A DNA stretch of 64,000 nt, taken from NCBI RefSeq assembly GCF_006345805.1, contig NC_043005.1:29016001-29080000 (forward strand), read 5' to 3'. The stretch is from Octopus sinensis. Lineage: Eukaryota. This document shows, piece after piece, positions 50,566 to 62,482 of the stretch. Within the stretch, counting starts at the first letter, position 1; each line of letters opens with the position of its first letter. Made by a program: the position numbers and the translations under genes. The notes under the pieces are model-generated. The model was not told where the DNA came from and made no database searches. It saw only the letters and a list, made by a program, of their open reading frames with translations.

Positions 50566-50640
50566 AATGTTGACAAAAGTTGAAGCAGAGCTTAAACACA
50601 TAAGATAACGCACGTGTGATCCAACGACGCCATAAATGAT
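50566..50640 (-). other. Candidate non-coding first exon / TSS region of HEATR1
   Basis: Strong donor ACATT|GTAAGT at 50565, a locally CpG-containing segment, CACGTG at 50611-50616. The ATG exon has an acceptor upstream, so a UTR exon is required. The 5' boundary is a guess. Confidence 0.4.
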
Positions 50641-52017
50641 GCTAACTTTACACAACATTTTAGTATGAAATAACTTTGAGAGCTAAAATAACTTATTAAC
50701 AGAATTTTTTTTAAATATCAATGTTAAAAAAATAGGCTATAAATTCTCTGTTTATGAAGACATTCTAAACTTGTTAATTAAATATTTTAAATTGTATAAT
50801 ACGAAACTAACACATTTTATACAACCTGTCAATATGTCACTATCAACTTCAGACTTTGTGAATGCATTCATTCAAACACAATTTTAATAAAAATCCATAT
50901 TAAACTGTCAATATATCCTCACTGAAATAAAACTCTGCGAATGCGTAAATATATAAATATACAATTCTCAGTAAGTGGCATTGCTGTAGAAAAGAGTCGC
51001 AAATACATTCGTACGCCAAAAACTTAATCCCCCCCCCCCGGATTTGTATGTTTTAAGCACTGCAAATAATCTGTAAAAAAAAAGTTATTTGATGCCCCCC
51101 CCCCTCAATTTCCTTAATATACCGCACTTTGAAGTTTTTCAATATGTTTTTTCGGATTTATGTTACGCAAGAACATTTCAAAAGTAAGTCTAAACTGAAA
51201 AATTACAGAAAAGAGGGGCTACACCCTTTCTCTGAAAAAGTAAAATTTTCAGATTTGTAATCTACAATGCTTAAAACATACACCAAAACAGGCCCGAAGA
51301 AATTACTATATTTGGCACACTAGATAATTCCCGACTCTATTCTGTATTCTATACGAATACCAGTAACTTGTTGAAAACACTTTCCGCCCAACAGCAGTTA
51401 TAATTAAGTTGGAGATTTTGAGAAATTCTCATGAGGTGGAATCATTGAATTGATATTTCCCAACTTCCCAGGAGATCATTAACTCTGCTGGGACCTTATA
51501 TTTTTCCACCAATTCTTTCATTATATATAACAAGCCCTGGACTCCTTCTCCTCCTCCTCCTCATCATTTAACGCCAATTTTCCATACTGGCATGGTTTGG
51601 ACTGTTTGGGTCTGATGGGTCCAAGGATTGCATTGTACCCCAGTGTCTGTTTTGGCATGGTTTCTACAGCTGGATGCCCTTCCTCACATCAACCACTTCG
51701 CAGTGTGTACTAGAGGCTGTTTTCCTGGTACCACCACTAGTGAGGTTGCCATACAGTTTGCAAGATTAAGACCCCTTTCATTTAATGGGGGTACAGTGGA
51801 GAGGGAGGTGACTTTATTGTAAGTGATTAAAGTGTGAGAGAAGGGGCCAGAATAGGGCAGAACAAGTTTCTTGCCGTAGGGGAGCTACAGGACTACTCAC
51901 ATTTTAGAAGAGAGTGGGTAGGAGTAACCGGGATGAAGCTGGAAAGAAATAAGATAATGACGTGCCCGGATGGACTTCTGAAGTACAAGAGAGTGAACAG
52001 AAATGATTGGTGACAGA

Positions 52018-52174
52018 CAGGATCGGACTGAGAGTATAAGGGCCCTCGGGCATAACTGTTTACCAGGCCCCTTTAAATGTGTGTTATAGTACAGTTAACA
52101 GGTAGAGTGCGGGCTCCTCAGAGCTCCGGGACCTCGGGCAGTGTCCGATTGACCGACGGCTCAGTCCGCCCCTG
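52018..52174. mobile_element. hAT-like MITE
   Basis: TIR CAGGATCGGACTGAG / CTCAGTCCGCCCCTG (13/15); flanks GTGACAGA / GGAACAGA (6/8, degenerate 8-bp TSD). Confidence 0.6.
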
Positions 52175-52289
52175 GGAACAGAACATCAGGGAGTGAGGAT
52201 GGGTAGAGATGGAGAAGTTCATAGATATTGTCTTCTGAACCACTGACTGAATTTATATTGCAGTCTTTTGAACAGAGAAGAATCATCGT

Positions 52290-52570
52290 TTAAGCTGAAC
52301 AATATGGTGTCGTTTCTTTCTCTATTATTTCTTTGCCTCCTTCAAAGATCCAAGCAACAAACTAAACAACGTTTCCGTCTCTGTCTAGATGCAATCATGC
52401 AACTCAACCTATTTGTTTTTTCTCCTCTCCGCATCTTTGTAATATCCCCCACCCCAACAGACATCAGACTACTCACAACATCTAGTTCTTACTCCCCATA
52501 TCAGCTCTCTGGAATTTCTTTTTACTCATGCCTTTCCTGCAGATATTGACTTTCAAACCTTCAAGAGGAA
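52290..52570 (+). mobile_element. CR1-group LINE 3' end fragment
   Basis: Degenerate NVS-LCL and (W)N...HAFPADIDFQTFKRNLN, typical of the ORF2 terminus. Confidence 0.55.
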
Positions 52571-54079
52571 CCTTAATGGTATCAATCATCGGAAAAGTAA
52601 GACGAAAATGCTTACAGAACTTATGGAAAACTTAAGGGAAATATGTACCGGTTTCGATACACACACAATCAATGAGAGAGAGAGAGAGAGAGAGAGATAT
52701 GGTTTAAGGTTGACACCACATGTGATTGTTAGAGTTCTTTCCCTTCGACTTACACCGGTAACGAACGTCAATATCAATTATTTCTCTCCGAATCTTTCCT
52801 TTATTTCACATTCACCGAAATGGCTGGAATATATAACATTTCGAGGAATATTATTAAGGGTTTCTTACAAAGTGCAAAGGTCAGTGTTTACGATTTAAAT
52901 TTTAAAGCATGTTTTATATTCCTTAATGCTTGTACACGCGTGACCCTGAAACAAGTTTGTTCTGACCCTGAAATATCGAGAACAGCTTTTTATTGGACTC
53001 ATTGAATCTTTCAGATAGATCGTAAATGTTAATTTGCCTTACGATATGTTGATATACCGTGTGTTGTTACATTAAATGTGAACTTTGTGAGTTTGGTTAG
53101 GTTCATAAGGCGTAGGAGGTTAAGGAATCTGTTCCTCAAGAAAAAAAAACGGCATAACTACAGATTTCTGCCCCACCGACTTTGGATGATCATAACTTTC
53201 AGAAAAATCGATATTTTTTAATGAAATTTTCTACGAATATGTGTTACATCATATAGATTCCGAAAGTATTTTGGGGAAAGTATTTTAGGAGGGGTCAAGA
53301 ATTTCAGAAAATTCACCGGAGTCCAATTCGTCTTAACTTTCAAGAAAATGGATGTTTTTTTAGATGAAATTCTCTACAAATATACCTCGGACTATGTACA
53401 TTTCGAGCTCTCTCTGTCATGCACATATTAAGAGACAGGCTCAAGCGCCAGAATCCACGACATACAAACTTATCCAAACTCAAGTCACCACCCTTTAACT
53501 AGCAATAATAATAACATCAATAACATAACAGCCAAAAGATTTATTTGTTCTGAAAATAACAATCATAGTAAATAAATATGTTCTTTAATATTCACATTCA
53601 TGTGCACAGTTAAACACACTTACATACAAACAGTCACGCATGCATAATACAAAACGGAACACATAAATGAAGGATGCATTACTTAGTATATATTACATCT
53701 AGAGAATTTTGATTAATAAGTCAAATATGCAAATTATAAAGATAATTAATTGCTTTACTAAACAGTGTTGTAAAGGTGAAAAAATAAATTTGGGAAAAAA
53801 ATACACGCCAAAACTAATTAATAAAGGATAATTAGGGAAGGATTGACACAAAATAATAATTTTTTCTGTCTCTTTTTTTCTGATAAATGCATCTTAATAA
53901 GTGAGAAGAATTGCATATATCTGAACTATTTCAAAGAAAAGCATAAATTTAATGTTTAAAATAGCTTTAACCAAGGAATGAGATCCAACATTTCTTCACT
54001 TTTTCCAGAATTTCTTCTCTTTATTTTTTTTTTTTGCGAAATACGGAGTTTATGATTCATGTGTGAGTGTGTGTTCTTG

Positions 54080-54570
54080 ATACTCGTTTAGAACAAGTAG
54101 TTTTACACCAATTACACTATTTTTTCTTAGTTTAAAGGCCGTGGACTGAAGATGTGAAATTTCCGAAGCCTCTCCCCCACCCCCTTTCGCGAGCGCGCAT
54201 TTTTTTCATGATAGTCGTTTAGAGCAAGTTGTTTTACACCTATTACGCTGTTTTTGTTTTTGTTTTTGTGCCCGGTTCAGACGCTTTCGGAAATTCCCGA
54301 TATAAATATTCCGAGGCCTCTCCCCCACCCCTCTTTCGCGAGAGCGCATTTTTTTTTGTCATATTCGTTTAGAGCAAGTTGTTTTACACATATTACACTA
54401 TTTTTTTTTTTTTGTTTTGGTGCCCGGGTCAGCTCCTCAGACGCTTTCGGAACTTCCCGATGTGAATTTTCCGAGGCCTCTCCCCCACCCCCTTTCGCGT
54501 GCGCGAATTTTTTTTTCATATTCGTTCATAGGAAGTTGTTTTACACCTATTACACACATTTTTTTTTTGA
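54080..54570. repeat. Tandem array of about 3.3 units of 131-157 bp
   Basis: Anchor gtttagagcaagttgttttacac (variants) at 54086, 54217, 54367 and 54524. Confidence 0.85.
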
Positions 54571-55458
54571 TTTTCTGATATTTGTTACGCCCTATATTAA
54601 CCGTTAATCTTTATCTTAACTGTGATTTACAGACGTTAAACTAAAAAATGCAAGTGTCTACACCCAAGGACAGTACTGCAACATTATCGTAACACTTCTA
54701 CAACACCCAAGAACATTTTACAGCGCCCTGTTATCCTTCAGATAATCGCTTATAAATCTCTTTACTAATAAAGTCTCTACTGAATTTATCAAACGTCTTG
54801 ATTTCACTGCAATGAACTTGCAGTGAATTAGAAAACATGTAGGGATCTCAAAGCATACTGTTACAACTGCAAAATGATGTTCAAGATTTTTTAATAATTA
54901 GATTGAGTGAGGAATCACCATCTACTATAATGATACTCTTGTGTTTTTCTCCGTCACAACATATGAATGAGAAAGGAAGAGGTGATAGATAAAGAAAAGA
55001 AGGAGTGATGGCAAACTGGTAGTGGGATGATGGAAATTCTACCTTGAAAAAAAAAGGGAGGTGTGTGTACGTGTGTGCAATGGAAGTGGGATGGTGAACA
55101 TTCAATGCAGAAAAGAAAAATCAAACTGTTTCAACATATGTGTGTGTGTGTGAGTGTACAAGAGAAATATGTGAATGTATGTGTGAACCAGCATTCTTTT
55201 AGTAACAAACGATGATCGATGTCATATCTCAAAATACAACCATTAGATAGCATTGAAAAGTGTATTAGTTTGAATTACCATCCATATTTTATCTTTTCTC
55301 CTTATTTTTATATAAAATATTACAATTAGCTGTCATTTTTGGTGGCACGGGGCTAGTGTTTAATAACGACATATAGTCTTGTTGTTGTTTGTGAAAATCA
55401 TTTCTCTTGAATATGTCTCATTAATCTACCACTGCCTCATCAATATTTTACATCACAA

Positions 55459-55680
55459 AGGCGGCGAGCTGGCAGACTCGTTAGCACGCCGGGCGAAATG
55501 CGTAGCCGTATTTCGTCTGCCGTTACGTTCTGAGTTCAAATTCCGCCGAGGTCTACTTTGCCTTTCATCCTTTCGGGGTCGATAAATTAAGTACCAGTTA
55601 CGCCCTGGGGTAGATGTAATTGACATAATCCGTTTGTCCCCTCTGTGTTTAGCCCCTTGTGGGCAGTAGTGAAATAAATA
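55459..55680 (+). mobile_element. tRNA-derived SINE family B (representative copy)
   Basis: ggcggcgagctggcag...gagttcaaattcc B-box...ctttgcctttcatcctttcggggtcgataaattaagtaccag. Other copies near 6195, 7065(-), 7392, 20777, 23755(-), 27920(-), 29810(-), 45000(-) and 63530. Confidence 0.8.
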
Positions 55681-56878
55681 TTTTACATCACTAAATCACC
55701 TCTATCAATACCTGTCATCACTAAATCTATCTCACCAAACAATCACCACTGTAATGTGGATACATAATGAAGCCTGGCTGACAAAATGCAGTTGTGTGCT
55801 GACGAAGGTGAAATACCTGTCTTTGAGGAAGATGTGGTGAAGTCAGATCTCAGGATAATGGGAGCTCATGGAAGAGAAGATACAAGATCAAGGAAGACAA
55901 TAATAAAATGGTGTATAGCAGACCTGTCCATTTTTTTTTCTTGTTTCAGCTCAGAGCTGCGGCCATGCTGATGCACCGCCGTTGCACCGCCGTTGCATAA
56001 TAATGTTTTTAAAAATACCAAAATATTAAAATAATTAGAATGATGATAATGATTAGTAAAACAAATAACAGCAGCAGTTTGGCACTGGATGAAATGAATG
56101 AGTTAGTAAGTAATTTCAGTCTTATGTCATCATCATCATCGTTTAACGTCCGTTTTTCATGCTGGCATGGGTTGGACAGTTTGATTGAGGTCTGGAGAGC
56201 CAGCAGCTGCACCAGGCTCCAATCTGATCTGGCAAAGTTTCTACAGCTGGATGCCCTTCCTAATGCCAACCACTCCAAGAGTGTAGTGGGTACTTTTTAT
56301 GTGCCACTGGCACAGGAGCGTGTCAGGCAGGCCTGACATCGATCACGTTCGGATAGTGCTTTTTACTTGCCACAGGCATGGCAGCCAGTCAAGGGGTACA
56401 AACCAATGAGAAATACTATTCCACTGGATAAGCTGCTAGTCTCTATGGGAACATTCCCAGAAGACCTGACATTGGTTCACAGTGGCACAGTGTATGAACC
56501 AGTGAGGGTGCCTCTATATGATCACTTGACATGTAAGAAACAACAGCCAATTTTTTTCTTAGCTCATACCAAGATCATTTGAATAATGTAGTCCTAGGTA
56601 TACTTATATGACATCTAAAAAATAAATGGTAATGACTGGAATGCCTTTGATCATAGGCTTACTAGATCAATGTTGATCTGAAACTAAACAATACAAAATG
56701 CCTTGTGAATGTGTAAAGATGTAGGCAGGAAGTTTTCTGTGTAGAATGACAGACTTAGTGCTTTAGGCTATCTTTGTGATGCAAAATCAATTTCTACTGA
56801 GTTTGATTCCTCTTGAGAACTATGCTAGTATTACCAGTAATACAGTGGATGTGAGAAAAAGTGCTGAATTACTAACTA

Positions 56879-57308
56879 CATTATTTACATTTGATGAATA
56901 TTTGTCCTCATCTTGTTTGTTGTTAACACAACATTTTGGCTGATATATCCTCCAGCCTTCATCAGGTGTCTTGAAGAAATTTCAAACCTGGGTTCTCATT
57001 CCTCAGGTATTTTTCATTCTTAAGGTGGTTAAGAGTGCGGGCTGCTAACCCCAAAATTCCGAGTTCGATTCCAGGCAGTGACATGAATAATAATAATAGT
57101 AATAATAATAATAATAATAATAACATAATAACAACATGGAAATATACCTTAGGAATGAGAACCCATGTTCGAAATTTCCCCTAGACACCTGATGAAGGCT
57201 GGAGGGTATATCAGCCGAAATGTTGTGTTAACAACAAACAAGATGAGGACAAATATCCATCAAACGTAAATAATGTACATGATTCTGCATCTCATAAATA
57301 TAGAACTG
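56879..57308. mobile_element. tRNA-headed, hammerhead-bearing element in inverted arrangement
   Basis: Minus-strand body 56879-57017, tRNA-like head 57025-57084 (B-box GAGTTCGATTCC), (AAT)n tract, plus-strand body to 57308. The arms are reverse complements over about 140 bp. Confidence 0.8.
57184..57229 (+). ncRNA. Minimal Type I hammerhead ribozyme motif (best-preserved copy)
   Basis: GACAC-CTGATGA-A-GGCTG(gagggtatat)CAGCC-GAA-ATGT-T-GTGTT. Intact catalytic boxes, 5-bp stem II, 5-bp stem I (GACAC/GTGTT), loopless 4-nt stem III. Confidence 0.72.
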
Positions 57309-58212
57309 TATTACTAACCACATGGTTGCAAGTTCACATCTTCCCACATCCATTCAGTTGTAATTCTTAGCAAAAGGCATCTAACTTCAGCTGCTCAAAT
57401 TTCTCTGACTAAACAAAGAACCAAGTGGTGAAAAATAAGCAAAGAAACCATTCCAGCCAGATAATCATGATAGAAGGGATGTAAAGCACTAAACAGAACT
57501 TTCTCAGCCATGGGACAATGATGAGTGGAGTAATAGCTTTGAATTTAAGAATGAGGCCAATAAATGTGGAGGTGGTCGGATCAGTTTATTTCATTGATCC
57601 TTTGTTTTATTGACTCCCAAAACAATGAAATGTGAAGGTGTATACCTAGTGGCTAGGGTGTTGCACTCGTGATTACATGATCATGGGGTCAATTCTGTGG
57701 TTGAGCAGTGCATTGTGTGAAACATTTCATCCCATACCATTCCAGTTCACTCAGCTGTCAATGTAAACCTTGTGATGGATTGGCGTCCTATTTAAGAGAA
57801 GTGTTGTGATCTTAGTCACTTGTGCCTCATGAAACTGTAACTGGTCTTACAAGTCTGAGGATGAGAGACGGTAATGTCCATGGGATGAAATAAAAAAACA
57901 AAAGGCAAAATCAACCTCAGCAGGATTTGCATTCAGAAAACAAAGAGCTGGAACAAATACCATAAAGCATTGCGTTAGGAAGGGCATCCAGCTGTAGAAA
58001 CTCTGCCAGATCAGATTGGAGGCTAGTGCAGCCTTCTGGCTCACCAGTCCTCAGTCAAACCGTCCAACCCATGCCAGCATGGAAAGCGGATGTTGCACGA
58101 TGATGATGATGATGTTCGAACAATTGTGCCAGCTGACCACCTTGGCAATAGATGTAATAATACCTATGAGAGTTACTGATCTCTGTACTGATTTGTTTTC
58201 TTCTTCTTTCAG

Positions 58213-58348
58213 ATATGTCCTAGCAGTCAGAGGTTTGTGACAAGTTGCTGTCAATTACACCAGAAAGAGACAACTTCAGCTAAATCATATCCAAATAAAA
58301 TAATCAGAGCTTCTCCAGAAACCAGTAAACGTTACTTAGAGAGCGATG
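58213..58348 (+). CDS. Candidate internal exon of an unidentified plus-strand gene
   Basis: Branch-like ACTGAT, acceptor ttgttttcttcttctttcag and donor G|GTAAAT. Single open frame ICPSSQRFVTSCC...PETSKRYLESD in non-repeat sequence. Protein not recognised. Confidence 0.3.
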
Positions 58349-58863
58349 GTAAATTCTTCATTCCATTGTTCTATTGTTCTACATTTTTGTATTCTTTTCT
58401 GTGTTTCAGCTTTGAGGCTGTGGCCATGCTGGGGCACTGCCATATAAACTTTTTTAAAAATTTTATATTTGCATCTTAGAGCCCTCTTTGCAACGTCCTG
58501 AAGTGCAGTCCTTCACTCTGTGTAGCGTGGTTCTTCACTTAGAGAAGTAGTGTCTTTCACTCTATGTTAAGTCATCTTCATTGTGTCAATGTCTACTTTT
58601 CCATGGTTGCTGGATGCTTTTTCTGTTGCCATCCTTCATCTACTTCCACATAAGATAATATTTCTGCCTGGCTGGACATGTTTTTCATGGAAGATTGGAG
58701 ACGAAGGACATCACTCATATGATGGTGATACTCATTTGCAACAATCTTCCACTTTCTCATCAAAGAACACCGCTAAATCCCAGCCCATTTGAAGGATCCT
58801 TGAGCTTTCACAACCTCTTTTTTCATATCAACTTGTGTCTCTAGATCCTGAAGTCACTAACTA

Positions 58864-59560
58864 CTAGCTTACGTTGAGTTGTACATTCTTCACCTGGGAA
58901 ACATATTGAATTGATGAGCATATATCTGTTCCTATGTCTGGTGAGGAGGTTGTCAGTTTGGCTCCCCCACTCCTTCGCAGTTGATAAGTGATCAGATGGT
59001 TGGCAAGTTTTCTGAAGTTGGTGTTGCAGATCAGTAAGCCATGAGCATCACAAAACTCCAGCAGCCTTGTCCCCACCTCATTTCTCGAGCCAAAGTCATA
59101 GCCTCCTTGCATACCCTGAAAACCTTCAGAGTGTTGCCCAACATGTCCATTGAAGTTCTCTGCTACAATGAGAATGTTGTCATCTTTCATTGTTAACGTA
59201 GTCCTCAGAAGGGATTCATAAAAATAGTCCTGAGTATCAGTGAGTCTGGTGTGCAGAGATAACTGGCACAGTTACATCAATTAAGGCTATTCTTAGCTTA
59301 ATAATCCTATCACATACCCTGACTACTTCAATCACCTTCTCCACCCATTTCTCTACTAGTAGAAAACCCATGCCACCCAGGCTGTCATTGTTGCCTAACA
59401 AGAAAAATTTGTATCTACGTCTTTTGCCTGTAAGCAGCCTAGCTAAGGCTCCCCTCCATTGTATCTTTTGGACACAACATACATCTTCATATCTCTGGTC
59501 TGGCATCTCAACTATCTTTCCAGATCTACCTTTCATTGAGCCAACATTGTGGCAGCTCTA
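58864..59560 (-). mobile_element. Degenerate RTE LINE endonuclease fragment
   Basis: [47 protein letters not shown]; frameshifted. Confidence 0.88.
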
Positions 59561-60271
59561 AGAAGAAGGTTGGGGGGATGTTTTCAGCTTCTGAAAAGAT
59601 ACATATATATATATATATATAAATTATAAAGAGGGAGTACTATGCAATATATATATATATATCCACACAGAGAGCGTGTATCTTCATTCACGTTACATGA
59701 CCAAAAATTAACTAAGTTATCTCCCCTGCTCTCCGTCTTCCATGTCACATTTTCACATACATTATATTTTGTAATATATTGTACCTCATCTTGATGGTTC
59801 ATAGCTAAATAATTCCTCCCCAGAGTTTGATGCTATTCTGTATTCGTTGCCCATGTTTCACTACTATATTTTCACTACAATAAACCATCAGACTTCTTAC
59901 ACACACTACTTATAGTCCTCTTCGTTCACTGTCTCTGTAGCTTTCATATATTTTTGCACATCTTACACATACATGTAATCTTCTGCATTCACAGCTCTTG
60001 TTTTACTGCTATATACTACAAGTTCCTATGATTAATAACTTTGATCATATTCTTTTGTAGCCTACAAAGAAACATATGGTGACAAGCTAGTGTGGGAGTT
60101 GTACAGAAGAAATTTCAAGGGACAGTACCCTCCACCAACCAGAAAAAAGTGCATTGTAAATATCTTTTTTTAACAGTTATAAAGAATGTGACAGAAAAAT
60201 TTCCCATATTTTACCAGGCCATTGGTTTGGTGTTAGTGAAGTTAGGCAGGTGCTAATGGTGTTTTTATGTA

Positions 60272-60665
60272 TGAGGGTGAGTCACAAAGTAATGCCATTT
60301 TGTTTAGGAGAGATATAATTACCAACACAGGAACATGTAACATACATCAAAATGAAGCTGGTCCTCTGTGGATCACATCCCTACTTCTCAATATAGTCAC
60401 TGTTTCTCTCAATAGCAACGTTCCACCTTCAAATGAGAGCATGCATCCCTGCCCTGTAAAATTCTGTTGACTATTCTTTGAGCTACTTCTTCACTACAGT
60501 TTTCACTTCCTCATCACTGGAATAATGTTTGCCTCCCAAACCCTATTTCATGGAGTTGAAGAGATGATAGTCTGATGAGGAAGTGAAAACTGTAGTGAAG
60601 AAGTGGCTTAAAGAACAGTCAACAGAATTTTACAGGGCAGGGATACATGCTCTCATTCGAAGCAT
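60272..60665 (+). mobile_element. Internally deleted mariner with fold-back structure
   Basis: Starts TA|TGAGGGTGAGTCACAAAGT (TACGAGGG-type TIR) and encodes DEEVKTVVKKWLKEQSTEFYRAGIHALIR. Contains 84-bp inverted arms. Confidence 0.75.
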
Positions 60666-61994
60666 CAGTCTGTAGGTGTAATAGCTCCTAACTGGAAATA
60701 ATTTGGATTGTAATGACCATTCCAATCCATGCTAGCATAAAAAGCAGATGTAACATGCTGTTCAAATAAAATGAAGAAACAGCTCCAGCTGGCAATTTTA
60801 ATCCTTATTGCATTGAAACCAAGTTGTTTTTGACAGTGGGTTTACTTTCTAGAATTTTCTACATTTCATATGGTGTAGTAAACACATTTTATTTTTACTG
60901 GCCAGTAACAAGAGGTTGCGAGAACTAACCAACAAAGGAGTTGCATGTTACATCACCAGCTAAAATTTAATCAGCAGTGAGGACTAATCAGATCATTCAT
61001 GTTGATTGTCTGTTTAAACTGACCCTTAATTTGTAAGGGTATAAAACAAATACTTGATACAAATTGTGATTTGTGTATGATCTGAACCAAAGAATGAAAC
61101 ATGTTCTTAACACACATGCAGTCTATATCAAACGGATTTCAATGAAATTTCTTTCAGTTATTTCGCTCAAAATAATTGTATCTGTGAATTTTCAGGCAAT
61201 TTCATTCACTAGAAAAATTTTGGCATGAATGGGTTGGCCAAGAATTATCCTGCTCTCTCTTTTTCTTTCCTCCCATCACCAAAATAGTAAATGAAGTTAA
61301 ATCTCTGATATTGTCATCTAATTAAGTTTCTACGATGCCAAGTTTTTTTCTTTTGATCAATCCATAAAGAAATGTTTAATCAGAAGCATTTTTAGAACTT
61401 TGTTTATTAAAAACAAATCAATACAAAAGAAGAAACTGACCAATTGACTCATAAGTTGTAGGTTTAAAGACCATTTTCTTTTCTATTACACATATAGGTA
61501 GGTGCAAGAGTGGCTTTGTTCTTGTTAAGAAACTTGTTTCCTAACCACATGGTTTTAAGTTCAGTCCCACTGCGTGGCAGCTTGAGCAAGTGTCTTCTAC
61601 TATAGCTCTGGGCTGACCAATGCTCTGTGAGTGAATTTAGCAGATGGAAACTGTGTGGAAGCTTGTCATGTGTGTATATGTCTTTGTGTCTGTGTTACCA
61701 AACAATGCTTGACAACTGGTATTGGTTTGTTTACATCCCAGTATCTTAGCAGCTTTAGCAAAAGAGGCCAATAAAATATGTAACAGACTTTATAAAACAT
61801 AAGTACTAAAACCCTTTGAGCCAGTGCCCCAGCATGGCCATAGTCCATTGACTAACTGAAACAAGTAAAAGATCAAATATAAACATTGTTTTACTTTGAT
61901 ACTAGCAGAGATACCTGGCATTGCTCAGGATTAAAACTGCATAGGTTTTTATTCTTTTTCGATTTCAGTCATTTGACTTTGGCTATGCTGGAGT

Positions 61995-62215
61995 ACCACC
62001 TTTTGTTGAACAGAAAGGGGGAAGGAGAGGGTAGGGAGGGAAGAAGAAAGAAAGAATGGAAGGAAGGAAAAAAGGAGAAAGAAAGAAAGAAGGAAACAAT
62101 GAAGGAAAGAACAAGAAAGAAAAAAAGAAAACGAAATAAAGAAAGGGAGGGAGAAAACAGGAAAGAAAGGAAGAGGGAGAAAGAAAGAAGACAGACTAAA
62201 AGAGAGGAACTATTA
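61995..62215. repeat. Purine-rich (GAAA/GGAA)n low-complexity tract
   Basis: Directly visible; source of the K/E/R-rich ORF 61886-62371. Confidence 0.9.
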
Positions 62216-62287
62216 CAGAGGGTGAGAGAGTATATATGTAAGCAAAAGAATGAGAAAAGGGAGAGAATTGTTTGGAAACTGCAGTTT

Positions 62288-62482
62288 TTAGAGAAAAACC
62301 TGTGTAAAACACCCTCTTTCCCAGTTTCTTGCTTTATGCGGGAGCTCTGGGAAAAAAATTATAGTGCATGACCATCCTTGGCACATAAGTAATGTGTATG
62401 TAAAGTTTGGTGAAAATCAGTTGGAGACTGTAGAAATGCATACATATTACACACACAGACATCCTTTGTTTTATGTGTGTAG
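62288..62482 (+). mobile_element. Helitron/Helentron-like segment, second copy
   Basis: Clear similarity to 27150-27342 (gagaaaaacctgtgtaaa...gggagctctggg...tagtgcatgaccatccttgg). Confidence 0.5.

Noticed and set aside
55786-55990. 61-aa ORF and acceptor-like site at 55949
   Set aside because: The downstream sequence matches the SINE-C end (gcggccatgctg...caccgcc); no supporting donor.
57025-57084. tRNA-like sequences here and at SINE heads
   Set aside because: No complete cloverleaf or acceptor stem; these are SINE promoters, not tRNA genes.
60572-60600. CTGATGA...GAAA resembling a hammerhead
   Set aside because: No stem II; it is mariner coding sequence (DEEVK).
61886-62371. 161-aa K/E/R-rich ORF
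   Set aside because: It is a translation of a purine-rich simple repeat flanked by SINE and Helitron-like pieces.
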